Notes: generated by a model not told the origin, from the sequence alone. A DNA stretch of 64,000 nucleotides from a virus (IMGVR_UViG_2522125155_000001:36650-100649), one strand, 5' to 3'; numbered from the stretch's first letter, positions 27,853 to 36,841 are shown. A program made the numbers and translations.

Positions 27853-29378
27853 CTGCCCTCTACTTCGGCGGAGCCGAAGTGTCCTCGTGGCGCAAGATGC
27901 TCAGCGAGTCCGACGTCAGCCACGTCGCCCTCTCGTACATGGGCCTGCGCCGCAAGGTGAAGTTCGCACGCCCGTGGCTGCTGGACGACAAGTTCCCGGC
28001 CGAGCAGAAGATCTTCCTCGACTCGGGGGCCTTCACGGTCAATCAGGACACGGCGGGGGAGAAGTACTCCCAGCGCGACCTGAAGGAGATCGGCGAGGCC
28101 TACATGGGCTTCGTGCTCCAGAACATCGACCGCGTCGAGATGGTGTCCGAGTTCGACTCGCTCGCCCTCGGCCTGTCGTGGATCCGCGACCAGCGCGAGG
28201 ACTTCTACGACTCCCTGCCCGAGGGTAAGTTCCTGCCCGTCTGGCACGCCGACTGGGGCCTATCCGAACTGGAGTCCCTCGCCGAGCGCTACAAGCGCGT
28301 GGGCATCATGCAGACGGCCATGGACGGACGTAATCTCGTCCCCACCCTCAACGGGCTCGTGCGCAAGTACGGGACTCATCTGCACGGCGTGGCCATGACC
28401 CGCCCGGAACTCATGTCCGAGGTCCAGTGGGGCTCGGTGGCCAGCACGTCGTGGATCTCGCCTGCCCAGTACGGCGACACCATCATCTGGACCGGCCGCG
28501 AGTTGAAGCGCTACCCGAAGAAGATGAAGGATCAGGCGCGCATGCGCCACCGCACCTACCTGCGCGACCACGGCTTCGACACCGAGAAGATCGAGGGCGA
28601 CGACACCAACGAGGTGCTCCGCCTCAGCCTCTGGTCGTGGCAGCGGCTCGTCGAATCCGTCGACCAGACCACTGCAGCCCCTGAAGTAGTTGCTACAAGC
28701 GCCGAACCGTCTGACAGCGGTTTCGCGGAAACCGAGGACCCCCTAGTTGTTACCAGCCCCTCGGAAATGCGGAAGTCCGTAGCAACTACCCGGAAGGTCC
28801 GTCAGACCACGCTGCTGCCCATCATGGGCGTCAACGTGACCACCGAGAAGGTCCTCGGCGACGACGGTCAACCGGCCGAGGTGACGCGCAACCTCCTCAC
28901 CGTCAGGTCCCAGAGCCAGCGCCTCTGCGCCTCGTGCTTCCTCGCCGACAAGTGCCCGATGTTCGAGGACGGGGCCAACTGCGCGTACGAGATCCCGGTC
29001 GAGGTGAAGACCAAGGACCAGATGCAGTCCCTGCAGAACGGCCTCATCGAGATGCAGACCCAGCGCGTGCTCTTCGCACGAATGAGCGAGGAAATCACCG
29101 GTGGCTACCCCGATCCGAACCTCTCCAGCGAGATGGACCGGCTCCAGAAGATGATCAAGACGAAGACCGAACTGGAGCAGGACGGCTTCACCTTCAAGAT
29201 GGAGGCGAAGGGTCGCGGAGGCTCCGATGGCGGGGGCATCCTGCAGCGGATGTTCGGTGCCCAGCCCGAGCAGACGGCCCGCGCTCTGCCCGCCCCGGTC
29301 AAGGCCGACGCCATCGCGGCCAGCCAGTTCAGCGACATCATCGACGTCGAAGTCATCGAAGCAAGGAGTAACTCGTAA
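27849..29378 (+). CDS. Queuine/archaeosine tRNA-ribosyltransferase (TGT)-fold protein fused to a Cys4 C-terminal domain
   Basis: IFLDSGAFT, EFD, LPVWH, HLHGVAMT, SVASTSW; C-terminal CASC....CP......C. Confidence 0.78.
   Translation: MTALYFGGAEVSSWRKMLSESDVSHVALSYMGLRRKVKFARPWLLDDKFPAEQKIFLDSGAFTVNQDTAGEKYSQRDLKEIGEAYMGFVLQNIDRVEMVSEFDSLALGLSWIRDQREDFYDSLPEGKFLPVWHADWGLSELESLAERYKRVGIMQTAMDGRNLVPTLNGLVRKYGTHLHGVAMTRPELMSEVQWGSVASTSWISPAQYGDTIIWTGRELKRYPKKMKDQARMRHRTYLRDHGFDTEKIEGDDTNEVLRLSLWSWQRLVESVDQTTAAPEVVATSAEPSDSGFAETEDPLVVTSPSEMRKSVATTRKVRQTTLLPIMGVNVTTEKVLGDDGQPAEVTRNLLTVRSQSQRLCASCFLADKCPMFEDGANCAYEIPVEVKTKDQMQSLQNGLIEMQTQRVLFARMSEEITGGYPDPNLSSEMDRLQKMIKTKTELEQDGFTFKMEAKGRGGSDGGGILQRMFGAQPEQTARALPAPVKADAIAASQFSDIIDVEVIEARSNS
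28684..28789. promoter_or_regulatory. Cluster of GTAGCAACTAC sites inside the TGT-like gene linker
   Basis: AAGTAGTTGCTAC 28684-28696, CTAGTTGTTAC 28743-28753, GTAGCAACTAC 28779-28789. Confidence 0.5.
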
Positions 29379-29554
29379 TGGCCAGCACACTGGTGGAAGA
29401 GACATGGTCGCTCGTTCTGGACGACACAGCCGCCGAGGAGGCACCGTGCACGGCCTGTCACGGGCGCTGCACCGACCGCTACGGCGACGACTGCGCCTTC
29501 TGTGGCGGGCTCGGCGTGGACTGGTCTGTCAACCGACGTGGCGGACACGGTTGA
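29378..29554 (+). CDS. Small protein with DnaJ-like Zn-finger repeats (not in ORF track)
   Basis: 58 aa; CTACHG...CAFCGGLG; AAGGAG SD, TAATG coupling. Confidence 0.65.
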   Translation: MASTLVEETWSLVLDDTAAEEAPCTACHGRCTDRYGDDCAFCGGLGVDWSVNRRGGHG

Positions 29555-29585
29555 CAACAACCGTCTCGTCCGTCACCCTTGTCAC

Positions 29586-29882
29586 ATGATGATCCTCGCT
29601 GACGGCCCCGACATGCAGACCTCCCTCCCCGACGCGCTTCAGTACCTCGCCTTGGGCGCGGTCCTCGTCATCACCTTCTACGTCCTGAAGTGGATGGCCC
29701 GGCGGAAGGTGCGGGGTCACGTCAGCGGCGTCGTCTTCCGCAGCCCGTGGGCCCCGGTCGTCACGGTGCACGACGGCGACGTCTGGTTCGACGGTGGCGA
29801 GCACTGGGTCTGGGAGCACGACCGCTGGGTGGCTGCGACCTTCGAGCAGATCGTCGCCATCGACCAGCGCATCGCAGCCTGA
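29586..29882 (+). CDS. Membrane protein, probably leaderless
   Basis: TTGACA-17-CACCCT then ATG at +7; TM helix. Confidence 0.6.
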   Translation: MMILADGPDMQTSLPDALQYLALGAVLVITFYVLKWMARRKVRGHVSGVVFRSPWAPVVTVHDGDVWFDGGEHWVWEHDRWVAATFEQIVAIDQRIAA

Positions 29883-29945
29883 TCTCACCACCCCGCCCCG
29901 CTGGGGTAACCTGAATCAGACGAACCGCTTACCACAGGAGCCCAG

Positions 29946-30161
29946 ATGTCCTTCATCGCCCCCATGCTCGCCCGAGCAGCCGGATCCGCCGTCGGCGGCG
30001 AGGCGGTCGAGGCAGCCGCCGGTCGCAGCGCCTCGTTCACCGCAGGGATGCAGGGCCTCAGCGCTCACGACCTGCCCATCGTCGGCCCGAGCAAGGCTCC
30101 CATCGACGACGTCGAGGGCACGGCCAAGCGGACGCAGAACCCCAACAGCGTCCTGCGCTGA
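29946..30161 (+). CDS. Hypothetical protein
   Basis: AGGAG SD; followed by hairpin at about 30174-30207. Confidence 0.65.
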   Translation: MSFIAPMLARAAGSAVGGEAVEAAAGRSASFTAGMQGLSAHDLPIVGPSKAPIDDVEGTAKRTQNPNSVLR

Positions 30162-30278
30162 CGCAGCACCACCGAACGGCCTCCAGCATCGCGCTGGGGG
30201 CCGTTCTGCGTTCCCACCCCTCTCAGGTCAATCGGTACCGTTGAACTCGTTACCAATGACTCTGGAGAGGACACACCC

Positions 30279-31298
30279 ATGGGTGGAATGACGCAGCCGC
30301 GCTGCGAGACGGTCATCTGGCGCGGTATCCGCGTCTGCAAGCACTCGGTGCCGAAGTTGGTCGCGTGGGCCAAGCGCACCGGCCGCGTCTACCTGAAGGG
30401 CATTCAGGGCTGCTACTCGACGGCCATCGTGGCCTCGGGCAACACGCACGCCGGTGGCGGCGTCTACGACGTCGAGATGGACGGCTACAGCCGCTCCGAG
30501 GCCATCATGAGCACCAACGAAGGACGGCAGGAGTTCCTCATCACCGAGGACCGTCCGTGGGGCTCGGCGGACAAGCCCAACCACCACATCCACCTCATCG
30601 ACCCCGAGTGCCCTAATCTCTCGGACGCCGCCATGAAGCAGGTCGAGGAATACCGCCGGGGAGAGACGGGGCTAGTTGGCTACGACCCCGACACCTACTA
30701 CCGGGGCAACAAGGTCGAGATGCTCCGCCGCTACGACAACCGACTCGACGTCAAGGCTCCGAGCACCGGCGCGCACCGGACGTACACGATCCCCAAGGGC
30801 GGGACGCTCGGCAAGGCCGCAGCCGCTCTCGGCGTCACGGTGGCGGTCCTCGCGGGCTTCAACCACATCTCCAACCCCGACGTCGTCCGGCCCGGCACCG
30901 TGGTCACCGCGCCGCCCTCGACGTACACCGTCCCGGCCGTCACGCCCACCGCGAAGCCCACGCTGAAGCCCACGCCGTCGCCGGTGGTCAAGGCCAAGCC
31001 GAAGCCGGTCGTGAAGCCCAAGCCGAAGCCCGTGGTCGTCGTCAAGCCGGTCTCCCGAGCCGCGCTGAAGGCAGGCAAGACCAACGCCTCGGTCAAGGCC
31101 TACGAGGTCGCGCTGAACAAGCGGGGCTTCCTCGCCAAGCGCTACGTGGACGGCTACTACGGCACGGCCACGAGCGCGGGCACCAAGGCGCTCTACCGGA
31201 GCCTCGCCAAGAAGCAGCCGAACGCGGGCTGGACGAAGAACGCCACGGTTCCCGGACCTAGTTTGCTGAAGGTCCTGAAGGTCAAGTCGACCCGCTGA
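30279..31298 (+). CDS. Endolysin: Zn-peptidase-like domain, LysM, peptidoglycan-binding domain
   Basis: QG.Y...S.NTHAGGGVYD...HHIH; YTIPKGGTL..AA..LGVTV..LA.FN.ISNPDVVRPG LysM; VDGYYGTAT. Confidence 0.85.
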   Translation: MGGMTQPRCETVIWRGIRVCKHSVPKLVAWAKRTGRVYLKGIQGCYSTAIVASGNTHAGGGVYDVEMDGYSRSEAIMSTNEGRQEFLITEDRPWGSADKPNHHIHLIDPECPNLSDAAMKQVEEYRRGETGLVGYDPDTYYRGNKVEMLRRYDNRLDVKAPSTGAHRTYTIPKGGTLGKAAAALGVTVAVLAGFNHISNPDVVRPGTVVTAPPSTYTVPAVTPTAKPTLKPTPSPVVKAKPKPVVKPKPKPVVVVKPVSRAALKAGKTNASVKAYEVALNKRGFLAKRYVDGYYGTATSAGTKALYRSLAKKQPNAGWTKNATVPGPSLLKVLKVKSTR

Positions 31299-31323
31299 GC
31301 CGCCCTTAGGATGGGCTAACAGA

Positions 31324-31360
31324 GAGGCCCCCAACCGATGCGCTACCGGTTGGGGGCCTC
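31324..31360. terminator. Bidirectional terminator between convergent genes
   Basis: GAGGCCCCCAACCG...CGGTTGGGGGCCTC perfect stem. Confidence 0.75.
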
Positions 31361-31366
31361 ACCTAT

Positions 31367-32278
31367 TCAGCCGACGAGCCGCCGGAGGAGACTGCGTCGC
31401 TGCTGCTGTACCGGGATCGGCTGGGTCGGGAGGGACCCGGGCACCCTCGCGTCCGGACGGGGGATCTCCGGGGTCCAGAAGGCCTGCATCTGCACCGGCC
31501 GGTCACCCACCGTCGCGGCGTACGCCCGGCCCTTGATCGGTGCTCCGTCCTCGCCCGTGGGGAGCGGCTCCAGACGGGTGCGCCGACCGAACATCATGCC
31601 GAGCCCGTCGTCGTCCATGTTGCCGAGCGCGACGCGCATGCCGAGGTTCTGGCGGGCCTCCGTCGAGAGCCACGAGGCATCCGCCTGCTGGGAGATGAGG
31701 ACGACGCTGACCTTCGCCTCACCACCGAGCCGGAGGATGGACCTAATCTGCTCGATGCACGGGTGCTCCGTGCCGACCGGCCGCACCGGTGACTTCACGG
31801 CCTTCGCCCGGGCTAGTTCCCGGGGCTTCACGACCGTATTCCAGTGCGTCTTGGTCAGTTCGTAGAGCAGTCGACCCTCATCGACCACGAGCACGAGCCG
31901 GTTGAGGTCCTCGGCACGAGCGCCCTGCTCCAGCGCGTCGTAGCGCTCCATCATGCGGCGCTCGACCCAGCCGATCTTGTGGGAGACGTCGTCGAGGTCA
32001 CGCGAGGTGGCCCGGCCGAGCACGCCCGGGAGGCTCGCCACGTCGACCAGCGCGCTGCGCTTGGGGTCGATGAGGACGATGTCCGCACCCCGCTCGCTCA
32101 GGCCCTTGATGACCGTGCGGACGAGCGAGGTCTTGCCCGTGCGCGTGCGGCCCGTGAGGAGCATGTGCGGCTCGACGTCGGGGTTCCACAGCAGCATGCC
32201 GGTCTCGGTCAGCCCCAGCGGGATGGACGTGTGGACGAAGCCCGCCGGGATCTCGGCGAAGGTGGGGATCCTGCTCAT
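31367..32278 (-). CDS. FtsK/SpoIIIE-family ATPase without membrane anchor
   Basis: PHMLLTGRTRTGKTS, LIDPK, LVVDEG, ISQQ, RQNLGMRVALG, KGRA. Confidence 0.88.
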   Translation of the reverse strand: MSRIPTFAEIPAGFVHTSIPLGLTETGMLLWNPDVEPHMLLTGRTRTGKTSLVRTVIKGLSERGADIVLIDPKRSALVDVASLPGVLGRATSRDLDDVSHKIGWVERRMMERYDALEQGARAEDLNRLVLVVDEGRLLYELTKTHWNTVVKPRELARAKAVKSPVRPVGTEHPCIEQIRSILRLGGEAKVSVVLISQQADASWLSTEARQNLGMRVALGNMDDDGLGMMFGRRTRLEPLPTGEDGAPIKGRAYAATVGDRPVQMQAFWTPEIPRPDARVPGSLPTQPIPVQQQRRSLLRRLVG

Positions 32279-32595
32279 GCCCACACCCCCGGGAAGAGCG
32301 CGTTGATCGCGTCAACGAGGGCCTCGTCGGTGATCGTGTAGGCGGCGGTGAAGCGCGAGCCCCGACCGTTGGAGAAGACCGGGAAGCCGTTCTTCCGGAA
32401 CACCGAGTCGGCGATCCAGTGCGGCTCGTCGTCCCAGCGCGACAGGTGCAGCACCGTGCCGTCCTTGTCGACGACGGCGACCTCGGAGATGGGCTGGATG
32501 TCCGTGGCGAAGACGCCTCGGTTGTCCGTGCCGCGCTTCGCGTCGCGGAGGGTGAAGACTCCGCCGTTCGTGGCGGTGACGATGACCGGGTCCAT
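32275..32595 (-). CDS. Hypothetical protein
   Basis: CCAACCGACCCAACAAGGAG leader on - strand; ATGA coupling to FtsK-like gene. Confidence 0.75.
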   Translation of the reverse strand: MDPVIVTATNGGVFTLRDAKRGTDNRGVFATDIQPISEVAVVDKDGTVLHLSRWDDEPHWIADSVFRKNGFPVFSNGRGSRFTAAYTITDEALVDAINALFPGVWA

Positions 32596-32658
32596 GGTGA
32601 CTCCTTGTTGGGTCGGTTGGTGGAGACACCAGTGTGGGGCATGGATCCGAATGTCGCA

Positions 32659-32713
32659 AGTCAAGTACTTCAGCGGTTCGGCTTGACAGAGGCTCAGAAG
32701 GTCTGCGCATACT
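32659..32713 (+). promoter_or_regulatory. Cassette promoter P1 (degenerate box), back-to-back with a leftward promoter
   Basis: TTGACA 32683, 19-nt spacer ending GTCTGCG, CATACT. Confidence 0.75.
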
Positions 32714-32751
32714 GTGGGGACACACCGACCGGCTCCCCGAAAGGACCACCC

Positions 32752-32928
32752 ATGACCACTGCTCAGATCTCCCGCATGACGCCCCGCCAGAAGCGCGTGG
32801 TTCGCCACTCGCTCGACGTCTTCGTCGTCGCGATGCTGGGCCTCGGCATCTGGCTCGCCTCCGGCGTCCACGAGGTCCGTCCCGTCCCGGCCCACTCGAC
32901 CACCGTGGACTCCGGCGTCCACGTCTGA
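32752..32928 (+). CDS. Small membrane protein
   Basis: AAAGGA SD; TM helix. Confidence 0.65.
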   Translation: MTTAQISRMTPRQKRVVRHSLDVFVVAMLGLGIWLASGVHEVRPVPAHSTTVDSGVHV

Positions 32929-32968
32929 CCCGCACCCCAACCCAACCGACCCACGAAGGAGTCCCACC

Positions 32969-33283
32969 ATGGCCATCCGCACCACTGACGCCCCCGCCCT
33001 CGTCGCCTACTTCAACGTCTTCGTCCCCTACCGCTCGGCCGACAGCGCCGAGGACGCGCAGCGCATCGTCAACCGGTACCTGTACACCGGCTTCATGACC
33101 ACGACGGTCGTGCAGTCCGAGTCCGACCTCGACGAGCCCTTCGACTCCTACAAGGTGCACGTCCGCTACGCCGACCACATCAGCACCGGCGAGGGCCGCA
33201 TCCAGCAGCAGCGCGACCGCCTCTCCTCCGGGCTGTACGCCTCGTCGGAGCCCGTCCTCTTCCGCCGGGACGACAACGCCTGA
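32969..33283 (+). CDS. Hypothetical protein
   Basis: Conserved leader plus GAAGGAG. Confidence 0.75.
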   Translation: MAIRTTDAPALVAYFNVFVPYRSADSAEDAQRIVNRYLYTGFMTTTVVQSESDLDEPFDSYKVHVRYADHISTGEGRIQQQRDRLSSGLYASSEPVLFRRDDNA

Positions 33284-33334
33284 CAAGCACTTCGGCGGGT
33301 CGGGTTGACAGCCCGGCCCGCCATGCCCCACACT
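33281..33334 (+). promoter_or_regulatory. Cassette promoter P2
   Basis: TGACAAGCACTTCG; TTGACA 33305 in hairpin loop; 18 nt; CACACT. Confidence 0.85.
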
Positions 33335-33372
33335 GAAGCCTCAACCCCACCCGACCCACGAAGGAGTCACAC

Positions 33373-33636
33373 ATGGCACAGCGAGTCCCCACCACGGCAG
33401 CCGACCCCGAGGGCCCCGCCGGTCGCTTCATCGAGCGCCACGGCATCGAGAAGTACCGCCGCGACTACGAGCGCGGCTGGCGCGCGGCCTACGGGCTCGA
33501 CGCGGCTGACAACGACGGGCGCTCCGGCTCGGACGCGTGGATGGACGGCTACCTCGACCGCGCGTCGCGGGAGAAGTGGCACCTGCTCCGCTGCGCGAAC
33601 CACGGCAACGAGACCGGCGGCTGCGGAGTCGCCTGA
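33373..33636 (+). CDS. Hypothetical protein
   Basis: GAAGGAG SD; YERGW / WMDGY repeats. Confidence 0.75.
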   Translation: MAQRVPTTAADPEGPAGRFIERHGIEKYRRDYERGWRAAYGLDAADNDGRSGSDAWMDGYLDRASREKWHLLRCANHGNETGGCGVA

Positions 33637-33688
33637 CAAGCAGTTCGGCGGACGGGCTTGACACACCCGTCCGTCGTCTGCGCATAAT
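33634..33688 (+). promoter_or_regulatory. Cassette promoter P3
   Basis: TGACAAGCAGTTCG; TTGACA 33658 in hairpin loop; 19 nt; CATAAT. Confidence 0.85.
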
Positions 33689-33725
33689 GGTGTCGCACCC
33701 CCACCCGGCCCATGAAGGAGCCCCC

Positions 33726-34193
33726 ATGATCACCGCTTTCGGCAAGACGTACGCAGACACCCTCGCGGCTACCGCCCGGATCGCTGTTCTCCACTCGCTG
33801 AACGAGACGTGGGGCGAGAGTGACGACCGCGTCACCGAGATCAACGCGCTCCGCGAGGGCATCGCCATCTGGGAGGCCGCGCAGGCCGAGGGCATGACCG
33901 AGGAGCCCGCCGAGGTGTGGACCGTCGCGAAGAACGAGTACGAGGTCCCCTGCGAGCACCCGCTCTGCGAGCAACTGCACCAGCGCTTCATGGTCGAGGA
34001 GAAGTGCTCCGGCCTCATCCAGACCGCGAACGTGTCGGTCTGGCGCGAGTGGACGGAGCGCTACCACAACCGCACGGTCTCCGAGTGGGTCATCCTCCAC
34101 AACGGTGAGCGCGACGACCTCGCCGGGCGGTTCGACGCCTTCGACACCAAGCGTGACGCCCTCGCCGCCCTCACCCGTGCGGGGCTGCTGTGA
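33726..34193 (+). CDS. Hypothetical protein
   Basis: GAAGGAG SD. Confidence 0.75.
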   Translation: MITAFGKTYADTLAATARIAVLHSLNETWGESDDRVTEINALREGIAIWEAAQAEGMTEEPAEVWTVAKNEYEVPCEHPLCEQLHQRFMVEEKCSGLIQTANVSVWREWTERYHNRTVSEWVILHNGERDDLAGRFDAFDTKRDALAALTRAGLL

Positions 34194-34654
34194 ACGTCAC
34201 GGTGTCCGAGAAGGCCTTCTACGCCATGGAGCGCCGGGTGGACCGCTGGCTGGAGCAGGAGGGTCCTGTGCGGACGTTCGGGGCGGAGTGGTACCCGGAG
34301 CCGCTCGTGCGTTTCTCTGACGTCCCCGAAGTCCAGCCGTACGTCGACAAGGTGCTGGCCCTCGTAGGCTGTGACAGGCCCATCCGGGTGCGTCGTCGCC
34401 GGGGGAGCGCAGCCGCTCACTACGACGACGGCGTCATCGCCATCCCCTCGCGGCACAACGGCGGCGCGTACTTCCTGCGGGAAGACACCGCGCTGCACGA
34501 GATCGCCCACCACCTCACCCGGGGCGACGGACACGGTGCCCGCTTCGCCCGCGCATACGTCGACCTGCTCGCTGCCACCGGTCACCCGGTGCTCGCGCGC
34601 ATGACGGAGATCGCCTGCTTCGAGGCGGGGCTCCCCGTCGCCAAGAACCGCTGA
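34190..34654 (+). CDS. HEXXH metallopeptidase-like protein (TIGR04338/Rv0185-like)
   Basis: VRRRRGSAAAHY, LHEIAHHL....HG.RF...Y. Confidence 0.8.
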   Translation: MNVTVSEKAFYAMERRVDRWLEQEGPVRTFGAEWYPEPLVRFSDVPEVQPYVDKVLALVGCDRPIRVRRRRGSAAAHYDDGVIAIPSRHNGGAYFLREDTALHEIAHHLTRGDGHGARFARAYVDLLAATGHPVLARMTEIACFEAGLPVAKNR

Positions 34655-34706
34655 CAACCACTTCGCCGTTTCGACTTGACAGCCCCCGAGCGCGTCTGCG
34701 CATAAT
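34652..34706 (+). promoter_or_regulatory. Cassette promoter P4
   Basis: TGACAACCACTTCG; TTGACA 34676; 19 nt; CATAAT. Confidence 0.85.
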
Positions 34707-34743
34707 GGGGGCACACACCAACCGACCCTTGAAGGAGTCACCT

Positions 34744-35679
34744 GTGTCTGACCACCTCGACCTCATCGCCAAGATCCTCGCCAAGGCGGAGCGCACCAAC
34801 CACGAGTCCGAGCGCGACATGCTCTTCTCCCGGGCCCAGACGCTCGCCTCGCGCCACAGCATCGACCTCGCCCTCGCCCGCCAGCACACGGCCAAGGCCG
34901 AGCAGCGCGAGCAGCCGGAGGAGCGCACCGTCGTCATCGGTGCCTCCCGGACCAAGGGCCTCGCCCGGCTCGTGCGCCTCTTCGTCAACATCGCGGACAT
35001 CAACGACGTCAAGTGCCTCATCGCGGGCGACAGCACCGTGGTGTACGCCTACGGCTTCCCGTCCGACATCGAGGTCGTCGAGGCCCTCTACGCCTCGCTC
35101 TCGGTCCAGATGGTCCACGCCGCAGACCGCTACATCCGCTCCGGTGAGCACAAGTCCGAGATGGTCAGGAAGCCCGGCCACTACAAGTGGGTCACCTGCT
35201 CCGAGGATGACCTCTACGGCGTGGAGCGGTTTAACCCCACGACCGGCGGGTGGACCTACCGCAAGCAGGTCTGGGTCGACGGTGAGGAGAAGCCCATCAG
35301 CGGCCACACCGCCCGCCAGAACTTCTACGTCGGCTTCGTCAACCGGATCACCGCGCGCCTGCGTGCGGCCCACAACGAGGCCGTGAAGGACGCTGAGACC
35401 GAGGAGCGCGGCCCGGTGGCAGAGATCGCCGCTGCGCCCCTCCAGAGCGCCCCTGAGACGCCCAACCTGCCCACCTCCGTGGCCCTCGCCCTCGTCGAGA
35501 AGCAGACCGCTGTCGACGAGTTCTACGAGGCCGAGAAGAAGCGCCAGAAGGTCCGTGGCTCGTGGGGTGGAGAGCGCCGCTCGAACCGCAACAGCACCGT
35601 GTCCCACGGAGCCCGCAAGGCCGGTGACCGTGCCGGTGCCAACGCCCACCTGTCCTCCTCCAAGCAGATCGGAAACTGA
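34744..35679 (+). CDS. DUF2786-domain protein
   Basis: LDLIAKILAKAERT..E.E......AQTL..RHSID; GFPSDIE.VE.LY.SL..QM; F..GF. Confidence 0.82.
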   Translation: MSDHLDLIAKILAKAERTNHESERDMLFSRAQTLASRHSIDLALARQHTAKAEQREQPEERTVVIGASRTKGLARLVRLFVNIADINDVKCLIAGDSTVVYAYGFPSDIEVVEALYASLSVQMVHAADRYIRSGEHKSEMVRKPGHYKWVTCSEDDLYGVERFNPTTGGWTYRKQVWVDGEEKPISGHTARQNFYVGFVNRITARLRAAHNEAVKDAETEERGPVAEIAAAPLQSAPETPNLPTSVALALVEKQTAVDEFYEAEKKRQKVRGSWGGERRSNRNSTVSHGARKAGDRAGANAHLSSSKQIGN

Positions 35680-35681
35680 CC

Positions 35682-35936
35682 ATGATGAACCGAGCCGAGT
35701 ACGAGGCCGTCGCCTCCGGGATCAACGAGGCCGAGGGGGACCGGGAGACCAAGGTCACCATCGCGCTGGAGATCGCCACCAACCTCTGCGCCACGAACGA
35801 CCGCTTCGACCCCGTGCGCTTCCTGCAGCAGACCGGGCTGGCGCTCTCGGCCGACGAGATCGCCGAGTACAGCCACACGCTGCTGCTCCGCACCCGCACG
35901 GGCGTCGGTGCCGTCCGGGCCGACAGGAGAGGATGA
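35682..35936 (+). CDS. Hypothetical protein
   Basis: YEAVA...N.RFD..RFL pattern common in small phage proteins. Confidence 0.7.
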   Translation: MMNRAEYEAVASGINEAEGDRETKVTIALEIATNLCATNDRFDPVRFLQQTGLALSADEIAEYSHTLLLRTRTGVGAVRADRRG

Positions 35937-36187
35937 CCCACATGGACATCAGGACCACCACCACCATCACGCTCGACAAGGCCGAGCAGGTCACCTACGA
36001 GCGCGACAACGTGACGTTCGCGGTCAAGGTCATCATGCTGCACGACGGCGACGTCGAGCGCCCCCGGATCCTCTGTATCCGCGTGTACCGCAACGGCACC
36101 CGGACGGGGAACGCTCTGCCCCGCTCGTTCGGTGAACTGCCCGCAGAGGCCGCAGAGGCGGTGCGCGCGATCATCCGAGCGGTCTGA
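35933..36187 (+). CDS. Hypothetical protein
   Basis: AGGAG SD, ATGA coupling. Confidence 0.7.
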   Translation: MTHMDIRTTTTITLDKAEQVTYERDNVTFAVKVIMLHDGDVERPRILCIRVYRNGTRTGNALPRSFGELPAEAAEAVRAIIRAV

Positions 36188-36238
36188 CAAGCGGTCCGGC
36201 GTATCGACTTGACACGCCGGTACGCCGGGCCTCACACT
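36185..36238 (+). promoter_or_regulatory. Cassette promoter P5
   Basis: TGACAAGCGGTCCG; TTGACA 36209 in hairpin loop; 18 nt; CACACT. Confidence 0.82.
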
Positions 36239-36278
36239 GGCCTCACCGCACCAACCGACCCCCGAAGGAGTCAGCAGC

Positions 36279-36572
36279 ATGAGCGAGATCTACGTCGACA
36301 AGGACGGCCAGAAGTGGCGCACCCCGACCAAGGAGGAACTGGCCAAGGGCCACGCCGTCCGAGAGGCCGTGGAGAGCCTGCTGGAGTCGTGGGCCCCCAA
36401 CTACATGGAGTCCGGCCGCGTCTCCTCCTACGACGAGTGGATCGAGCGGGTCGAGGGGCTGGAGTTTCCGACCGAGCCCGACACCAAGATCGAACTCGGC
36501 TCGGACACGAGCGAGCACCCGTACACCACCATCAAGCGCATCGCCAAGGCCGTCGCGGCCGACCTCCGCTGA
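36279..36572 (+). CDS. Hypothetical acidic protein
   Basis: GAAGGAG SD. Confidence 0.75.
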   Translation: MSEIYVDKDGQKWRTPTKEELAKGHAVREAVESLLESWAPNYMESGRVSSYDEWIERVEGLEFPTEPDTKIELGSDTSEHPYTTIKRIAKAVAADLR

Positions 36573-36607
36573 ACCCCCACCCATCCCAGCCCGAGAAGGA
36601 GCCCCCC

Positions 36608-36841
36608 ATGGCCAAGCACATCGAGTACACGAAGACCATCGAGAAGGTCGAGCGCTTGCGCTCGTCGACCAACGGCAACCCCCGCTGGCTCGTGACGTTC
36701 ACGGACGGCGCGACGGCGAAGACCCAGCGCGACTCGTCGGTCGGCTACAGCATCGACAACCGGACCAACCTCGGCGTCCCGGTGCTCGTGAAGGCGACAC
36801 CCGCCGGAGAGATCTGGGGCGTCGAGCCCGTCGAGCCGTGA
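36608..36841 (+). CDS. Hypothetical protein (OB-fold-like)
   Basis: GAAGGAG SD; RLRSSTNGNPRW. Confidence 0.72.
   Translation: MAKHIEYTKTIEKVERLRSSTNGNPRWLVTFTDGATAKTQRDSSVGYSIDNRTNLGVPVLVKATPAGEIWGVEPVEP

Noticed and set aside
30950-31050. AAGCC(G/C) short repeats
   Set aside because: Encode the Lys-Pro linker of the endolysin.
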